Below, one piece after another: positions 28,362-32,885 of a stretch of DNA of 32,885 bases (within the stretch, counting starts at the first letter, position 1; every line of letters starts with the position of its first letter). The notes under the pieces were generated by a model. The model saw only the letters and a list, made by a program, of their open reading frames with translations, did no database searches and was not told the DNA's origin. Made by a program: the position numbers and the translations under genes. Source of the stretch: a virus (taxonomy: Duplodnaviria; Caudoviricetes). The DNA is taken from positions 1 through 32,885 of the IMG/VR virus record IMGVR_UViG_3300049171_000190. One strand, 5' to 3'.

Positions 28362-29322
28362 CACCCCTAGAGTATCCCTAGAGAGGGAAGATGATGTGAC
28401 GTCCGTCGCTATCGCTCCTCCTAAGAACTCAGACCGTGCAGGCTCGTCGGATCGTTGCTCGGCAGACGATGAGCTATTCGACCCGACCAAGCCTGTGCGC
28501 CTGCGCAATGGCTGGAAGGCTCGTATCATCTGCGCGGACCGCCGCGACCCTAGTATGCCTATCGTCTACCTCTATGATGATGGCTCTGGGGAAGGTGTCC
28601 GTACTGCATTCGCAAACGGGGCGGCGACAGAACCGCCAGATGATGAGGATGCCGATCTGTGGGAGCCTAACCCTTACGATCTGCTAAACGTCACCGCCGC
28701 CAGCGTCAGCGATGAGCAGTCGAAGACCGAAGACCGGAACGGGCTGAGCCTGCAAGGTGCCAGCGCGGTCGATTGCGAAGCAGTCGAGACGCCCAATCTC
28801 CCCCAGACAGAGGGCGAATATACGGGGCTGATAGAGTCGTTCGAGCGATGGGCGAAGGCACGACATCTCGACACAACCCTCAAGCTGAAGGGTGAGTGGG
28901 GCGATCACCGCTATTTACATGAGCACATCGAAAGCATGTGGCTCGGCTGGAAGTCATGTGGCGAAGCTCTCCAGCAGAAGAACAAGGAACTGGAGGAGGA
29001 GCTTGCTAAGTCTGAGGACGCGCTTAGCGCACTTCGGATTTTATACGACGCTTTCAAATCCCAACTCGAAGCCCTCCGCACTGATCTGGAGCGGAAGGAC
29101 AAGGCGCTGGAGGAACTGCTTGGCGAGAGCGGCAAAGGCAATCTGACTATCCGCGATCTCTGCTACACGGCGTTCATGAAGGCCAAAGGCACGAATGATG
29201 AGGACGGCGGCCCCACCGATTGGTTCACAGACACGTTGCCGACCATCGAAAAAGGGCTTCAGCGGATGCGCACGGAAGCCGCTCTCTCACCCGAAAAGGA
29301 AGAGGGAGTCTCCCATGACTGA
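28354..29322 (+). CDS. Mosaic multi-domain phage early protein containing structured repeat elements
   Basis: FDPTKPVRLRNGWKARIIC domain, coiled coil; ATGACTGA coupling at both ends. Confidence 0.7.
   Translation: MTDTPRVSLEREDDVTSVAIAPPKNSDRAGSSDRCSADDELFDPTKPVRLRNGWKARIICADRRDPSMPIVYLYDDGSGEGVRTAFANGAATEPPDDEDADLWEPNPYDLLNVTAASVSDEQSKTEDRNGLSLQGASAVDCEAVETPNLPQTEGEYTGLIESFERWAKARHLDTTLKLKGEWGDHRYLHEHIESMWLGWKSCGEALQQKNKELEEELAKSEDALSALRILYDAFKSQLEALRTDLERKDKALEELLGESGKGNLTIRDLCYTAFMKAKGTNDEDGGPTDWFTDTLPTIEKGLQRMRTEAALSPEKEEGVSHD
28387..28465. repeat. Left element A, copy 1
   Basis: Homologous to 29353-29435 (first 22 nt 17/22; shared GAAC, TCA.GACC, GCAGG, GGCAG blocks). Confidence 0.55.
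28703..28794. repeat. Right element B, copy 1 (multi-hairpin)
   Basis: GCGTCAGCGATG...GTC-GAA-GAC...CAGCGCGGTC-GATTGC-GAA-GCAGTC-GAGACGCCC. Confidence 0.75.
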
Positions 29323-30394
29323 GAACCTCAAGCACCGGATAGAGACAGCGGAGAAGAGTATGTGCCCTCCTTCGGCCTCCGGCCTCATCGGGAACAGCGT
29401 CACGACCATCGCAGGTCAGAACCGTCGCGGGGCAGCGTCTCACGCAACCAAGCTGAAGGTCCTGGACCTGTTCTCGGGCATCGGCGGCTTCAGTCTCGGC
29501 CTTGAGCGGACAGACGGGTTTGAGACCGTCGCCTTCTGCGAAATCGAACCCTTCCCCCGTCGTGTCCTCGCAAAGCACTGGCCCAATGTCCCGATCTACG
29601 AAGATGTCCGCGAACTCACAGCCGAGCGCCTGGCAGCAGACGGAATTTCCGTTGATGTCATCTGCGGGGGCTTCCCCTGTCAGGACATCAGCCTCGCCGG
29701 CAAAGGTGCTGGACTTGAAGGCGAGCGCAGCGGCCTATGGTCTGAGATCGCCCGACTTACTCGCGAGCTGGGACCGCGATACATCATCGTGGAGAACGTC
29801 TCAGCACTGCTTGGTCGAGGGCTTGGCCAAGTTCTCGGAGACCTGGCCGAGATCGGGTACGATGCGGAGTGGCACTGCATACCGGCTGCCGCCCTTGGCG
29901 CCCCTCACAGACGAGATCGCTTCTGGCTTGTGGCCTACCCCAACGCTGCCGAACGGTGGCCGGTCGGTGAAGCACGTCAACGAGTGGCGTGGTCGGAGTG
30001 CCTATCACAATGGCAAGAAGGTTCAGGTGGATCTGAATCAAGCCGTGAAGATGTGGCCGACACCAGTGGCGCGGGATTGGAAAGCCCCCGGTCGGAGCAG
30101 GATGGAGCGGACAGGCTCGAAAGCTGGCGAGTGCCTTCCTCAAGTGGTTGGTGGCTCTCTGAACCCGACGTGGGTCGAGTGGCTCATGGGGTTCCCGCTC
30201 GAGTGGACCGACTTAAAGGGCTCGGCAATGCCGTCGTCCCGCAAATCCCGGAAATGATCGGTCGCGCCATTCTCGCGGCCCGCGTCAGCGATGGCGATCC
30301 GAAGGACCGAGACCTTGGGCTCGGGGGCTTTAGCCCTGTCAGCGCGATCTGCGAAGCAGAGACGCCCTCCCGCCCCACTCCCATTCAGGAATAG
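29315..30394 (+). CDS. C5 DNA methyltransferase, alpha polypeptide (motifs I-VIII and X)
   Basis: DLFSGIGG, GGFPCQD, ENV, HRRDR, GLGNAVVP; no motif IX in this frame. Confidence 0.9.
   Translation: MTENLKHRIETAEKSMCPPSASGLIGNSVTTIAGQNRRGAASHATKLKVLDLFSGIGGFSLGLERTDGFETVAFCEIEPFPRRVLAKHWPNVPIYEDVRELTAERLAADGISVDVICGGFPCQDISLAGKGAGLEGERSGLWSEIARLTRELGPRYIIVENVSALLGRGLGQVLGDLAEIGYDAEWHCIPAAALGAPHRRDRFWLVAYPNAAERWPVGEARQRVAWSECLSQWQEGSGGSESSREDVADTSGAGLESPRSEQDGADRLESWRVPSSSGWWLSEPDVGRVAHGVPARVDRLKGLGNAVVPQIPEMIGRAILAARVSDGDPKDRDLGLGGFSPVSAICEAETPSRPTPIQE
29353..29435. repeat. Left element A, copy 2
   Basis: Homologous to 28387-28465; GGCC-TCC-GGCC hairpin. Confidence 0.55.
29502..30257 (+). CDS. 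Overlapping +1-frame beta polypeptide of the C5 MTase (motif IX and probable TRD)
   Basis: Open for 251 codons; LWPTP/MWPTP repeats and LNPTWVEWLMGFPLEWT; true start uncertain. Confidence 0.75.
   Translation: MSGQTGLRPSPSAKSNPSPVVSSQSTGPMSRSTKMSANSQPSAWQQTEFPLMSSAGASPVRTSASPAKVLDLKASAAAYGLRSPDLLASWDRDTSSWRTSQHCLVEGLAKFSETWPRSGTMRSGTAYRLPPLAPLTDEIASGLWPTPTLPNGGRSVKHVNEWRGRSAYHNGKKVQVDLNQAVKMWPTPVARDWKAPGRSRMERTGSKAGECLPQVVGGSLNPTWVEWLMGFPLEWTDLKGSAMPSSRKSRK
30282..30367. repeat. Right element B, copy 2 (multi-hairpin)
   Basis: GCGTCAGCGATG...TCC-GAA-GGA...CAGCGCGATC-TGC-GAA-GCA-GAGACGCCC. Confidence 0.75.
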
Positions 30395-30494
30395 GGGGAA
30401 GCATGGGACAGGCTAACCCCTTGATCCTCCCTGTTTCGCTTTCCCCGACCGAACCCAAGTCGGCATTGACTAAGCTGATGGAGTATTGCTCACG

Positions 30495-30770
30495 ATGAGC
30501 GCCGTGCCTTCGCCCTACCTGTCCAAAGCCTCACTGGCCCGGGCCCTCGAAATCAGCGAGAGCACTGTTGATGAGCTTGTGCGGCGAGGCGTTCTGCCAA
30601 GACCAGCCCGCTTGTCATCGGGCTGCGTCCGGTGGCGCTGGGAGATGGTTGACTATGCTCTTGCATCCATGATCCCCGGCAGCAATGCTGCGGCTCAGGA
30701 CGATGCAGATGCGGGAGTGGAACTTGTCATCCAAGCGGCGAAGGAGCGTCGGCGTGGTCGAACTGCCTAA
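30495..30770 (+). CDS. AlpA-like excisionase
   Basis: LSKASLARALEISESTVDELVRRGVLPRP...VRWRW; immediately upstream of and overlapping the integrase. Confidence 0.85.
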   Translation: MSAVPSPYLSKASLARALEISESTVDELVRRGVLPRPARLSSGCVRWRWEMVDYALASMIPGSNAAAQDDADAGVELVIQAAKERRRGRTA

Positions 30771-31791
30771 AGGCGTTCACCGCGTCGTGTCGCGCGGGAA
30801 GGAGTACTATTACTGGCACCCGGGGAGAGGCACACAGAACCCGGGAGAGCGCATCAGGCTGCCGAACGACCCGACAGACCCGGGGTTCTGGGTCGAGTTG
30901 CGAGCGGCCCAAGGCGTCACCAGTAAGCAGCCGGAGATTGTCACGGTCGCGGCAGTGGTGGACCTTTATGAGACTTCCTCCAAATTCCTGAAACTGGCCG
31001 AGGGCTCGAAGGAGCAATACCGGAGGCAGTTCAAGCTTTTGCGGGCTGGGCTGGGCACAACGGCGGCTGAGAAGATCAAGCCGAGCCACATTCGCCGGAT
31101 CGTGGAAGGAATGGCTGATACGCCAAGCGCGGCGAACAACTTCCTGCGGGCTATGCGGGCGCTGTCGTCATGGGGCGTCGTCCATGACCACTTCGCCATG
31201 TCCATCACGGACGGGGTGGAGCCGTTCGAGACGGACGGCGGGCACATGCCCTGGACGGATGAGCAGATTGCGGCGGCGCACGAGCATCTGACGGGCGCGA
31301 TGAGGCGGGGGATTTTGCTGGGGCTTTATACCGGGCAGCGTGGCTCTGATATCGTGCGCATGGGCTGGACCACGCTTGATCGCAGCGGCTTCCGCGTCAA
31401 GCAAAAGAAGACCGGCGTGTGGGTCTATTGCCCTGTTGTCGATGAGTTGGCTGCGGAGATGGCGACGTGGGAGAAAGCGCCTGGGCCGTTCGTGCGCCAG
31501 GAGAGCGGCAAGCCTTATACCCGCAAGCTGTTCTCGAAGCACTTTGCGGAGGTCCGTGACAACATCCCGGCATTGGCCGGGGTCACCATCCATGGGCTGC
31601 GTTCAACAGCCGTGGTAAGGCTGCGGAGAGCCGGACTGAAGACGGCACAGATCCAGGACGTTGTGGGATTGAGCCTGTCGATGATTGAGCGCTACAGCCG
31701 CTTTGCCGATCAGGAGGAAAGCGCTCAGGCCGCGCTCATCGCACTGGCCGAGCATCGCAAGCGGAAACAGGAACAGAACACCAACCTGTAA
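30754..31791 (+). CDS. int: Tyrosine integrase
   Basis: TGQR (R), KQKKT (K), HGLR (HxxR), RY (Y); AAGGAG RBS and GTG at 30754. Confidence 0.95.
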   Translation: MVELPKGVHRVVSRGKEYYYWHPGRGTQNPGERIRLPNDPTDPGFWVELRAAQGVTSKQPEIVTVAAVVDLYETSSKFLKLAEGSKEQYRRQFKLLRAGLGTTAAEKIKPSHIRRIVEGMADTPSAANNFLRAMRALSSWGVVHDHFAMSITDGVEPFETDGGHMPWTDEQIAAAHEHLTGAMRRGILLGLYTGQRGSDIVRMGWTTLDRSGFRVKQKKTGVWVYCPVVDELAAEMATWEKAPGPFVRQESGKPYTRKLFSKHFAEVRDNIPALAGVTIHGLRSTAVVRLRRAGLKTAQIQDVVGLSLSMIERYSRFADQEESAQAALIALAEHRKRKQEQNTNL

Positions 31792-32885
31792 AACAGTTGT
31801 ACAACATGGGCCAAAAAACCTTGTGGATTAAGGCCGGGGCCGAAATCGCAGAGTTCATCTTCGAGTTCCGGCAACGCACCCACATGGCGCACGCGGCCTT
31901 GCGCGTAGAGCACGGAGACCGGCTCGGCGCGCAGATACTTGCCGCGCGTGGCGCGTACGCTCACCACGGGCACAGCCGGATCCACCTCGCGGATGACGCT
32001 TGTCGCCATCTCGCCGCCCTGGTTCGTCTCGACGATCAGCGCATCGGCCTGGAGGCGACGATAGAGCGCGACCGCCTTCGCCGCCCATTCCGGCGGCTTG
32101 AGGCCTGACGCGGAGGAATCCTCCAGCACATAGGCGATGCCGCCCTCATCGATTCCGGCGGCGACGATGCCACAGGCGTCAGCTCGCTTCGATGAAGTCG
32201 CGGGCGGATCGACCGCGACCACGATGCGCATGAGCGGCGGGGCGGCCTCTAGCCTGCATGCCTCGATCATATCGCGTGTCCAGAGCGCGTCGGCACGGTC
32301 CTCGATGATGTCGCCGTCGAGTTCCTGCCGTCCCAGCCGCGTGCCGGAATAGCGCCCGACCACCGTCTCCAAGAACGCTGGCGCAAGATTGGCGGCATTG
32401 TCGGATGTTCTGGCGCGGGAGACTGCGACGGAGGGATCTGCGAGAAAGCGCTTCAGAAGCGGAATGGGCCTTGGCGTCGTCGTCACCATCTGGCGTGGAT
32501 GCTGGCCGAGGCGCAGCCCGAATTGCAGCATGTCCCAGGTTTCCTCCACGTGCTTCCATTTCGCGAGTTCGTCCGCCCAGGCGGCCTCGAATTGCGGCCC
32601 GCGCAGAGAGTCCGGATCCTCGGCAGAGAATACGTAAGCCACCGCGCCGTTCGGCCATTCGAGCTTGCGCAACGACGGCGACCAGGTGGGGCGCTCGTGA
32701 CGCGCGTGGACTGCCAGGATTCCGGCGGGCCCTTCGATCATCACATTGCGCGCATCGGCAAAGGTTTCGCCGATCAACGCAATGCGCCGATGTGGCGCGT
32801 CCGCGAAATCGGGTTCGCCCAGGGCGATGCCGCGCACCCATTCGGATCCGGTGCGGGTTTTGCCCGCCCCTCGCCCTCCCAGCAT
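31725..32885 (-). pseudogene. Host GTA (RcGTA g2-like) large terminase, interrupted near its C-terminus by the prophage; 5' end outside the window
   Basis: GGRGAGKT, LRGPQF, WADELAKW, LQFGLRLG, TTTPRP, VAVDPP, ETNQGG, RAEPV, LEDELCDF motifs; the expected SPDRxDALVWA is absent. Confidence 0.85.
31787..31840. other. Prophage attachment junction with putative arm-type sites
   Basis: TGTAAAACA (31787) and TGTACAACA (31798) direct repeats; terminase homology stops at about 31830. Confidence 0.7.

Larger units (their letters stand above)
1..31832. mobile_element. Lambda-like temperate prophage (partial; tail and lysis genes lie beyond position 1)
   Basis: Head module, cos, immunity region, replication genes, xis-int and att junction in lambdoid order. 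Confidence 0.95.

Noticed and set aside
29502-30257. Overlapping ORF interpreted as a frameshift error or pseudogene
   Set aside because: Both frames are fully open and motif X returns in the main frame, which a single indel cannot produce
28387-30367. Repeats interpreted as a CRISPR array or integron attC sites
   Set aside because: No regular repeat-spacer period, no cas or intI gene, and no RYYYAAC/GTTRRRY boxes
26840-30465. TTCCCCGACCG hairpin starts at 26840 and 30441
   Set aside because: Only 11 bp shared in GC-rich DNA; may be terminator-like hairpins but the evidence is insufficient
31725-32885. Second terminase interpreted as part of this prophage
   Set aside because: It lies beyond int/att, belongs to a different (GTA-type) family, and the phage has its own gpA-type TerL
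1-32885. tRNA, rRNA or reverse-transcriptase systems
   Set aside because: No cloverleaf/T-loop signature or RT motifs seen by eye

Overview
The window is the integrase-proximal ~31.8 kb of a lambda-like alphaproteobacterial (probably Rhizobiales) prophage, inserted into the 3' end of a host gene-transfer-agent (RcGTA-type) large terminase gene (~31830-32885, minus strand). From left to right: neck and head genes (capsid E, decoration, S49 protease with nested scaffold, portal, gpW, TerL, TerS), a lambda-like cos site, a moron region (inverted-repeat-bounded DUF1254/DUF1214 gene, Fet4-like permease, Cys-rich PKD membrane protein), a NusG-like antiterminator, a replication/regulatory operon (initiator with iterons, HNH, VRR-NUC, LexA-DBD, DnaA-domain-IV and GapR-like proteins, CII, Cro), CI with identical operators at OR and OL, a C5-MTase/putative REase/Vsr module at the lambda rex position, an SOS-boxed gene pair, and an early operon with two more MTases, excisionase and tyrosine integrase. 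The strongest candidates for something new are (i) two early-region cassettes, each bracketed by the same pair of structured left and right elements translated in frame, (ii) the prophage interrupting the GTA terminase nuclease domain, a possible excision-controlled GTA switch, and (iii) a C5-MTase whose motif IX is encoded in an overlapping reading frame. All family assignments come from motif recognition by eye; no searches were run.
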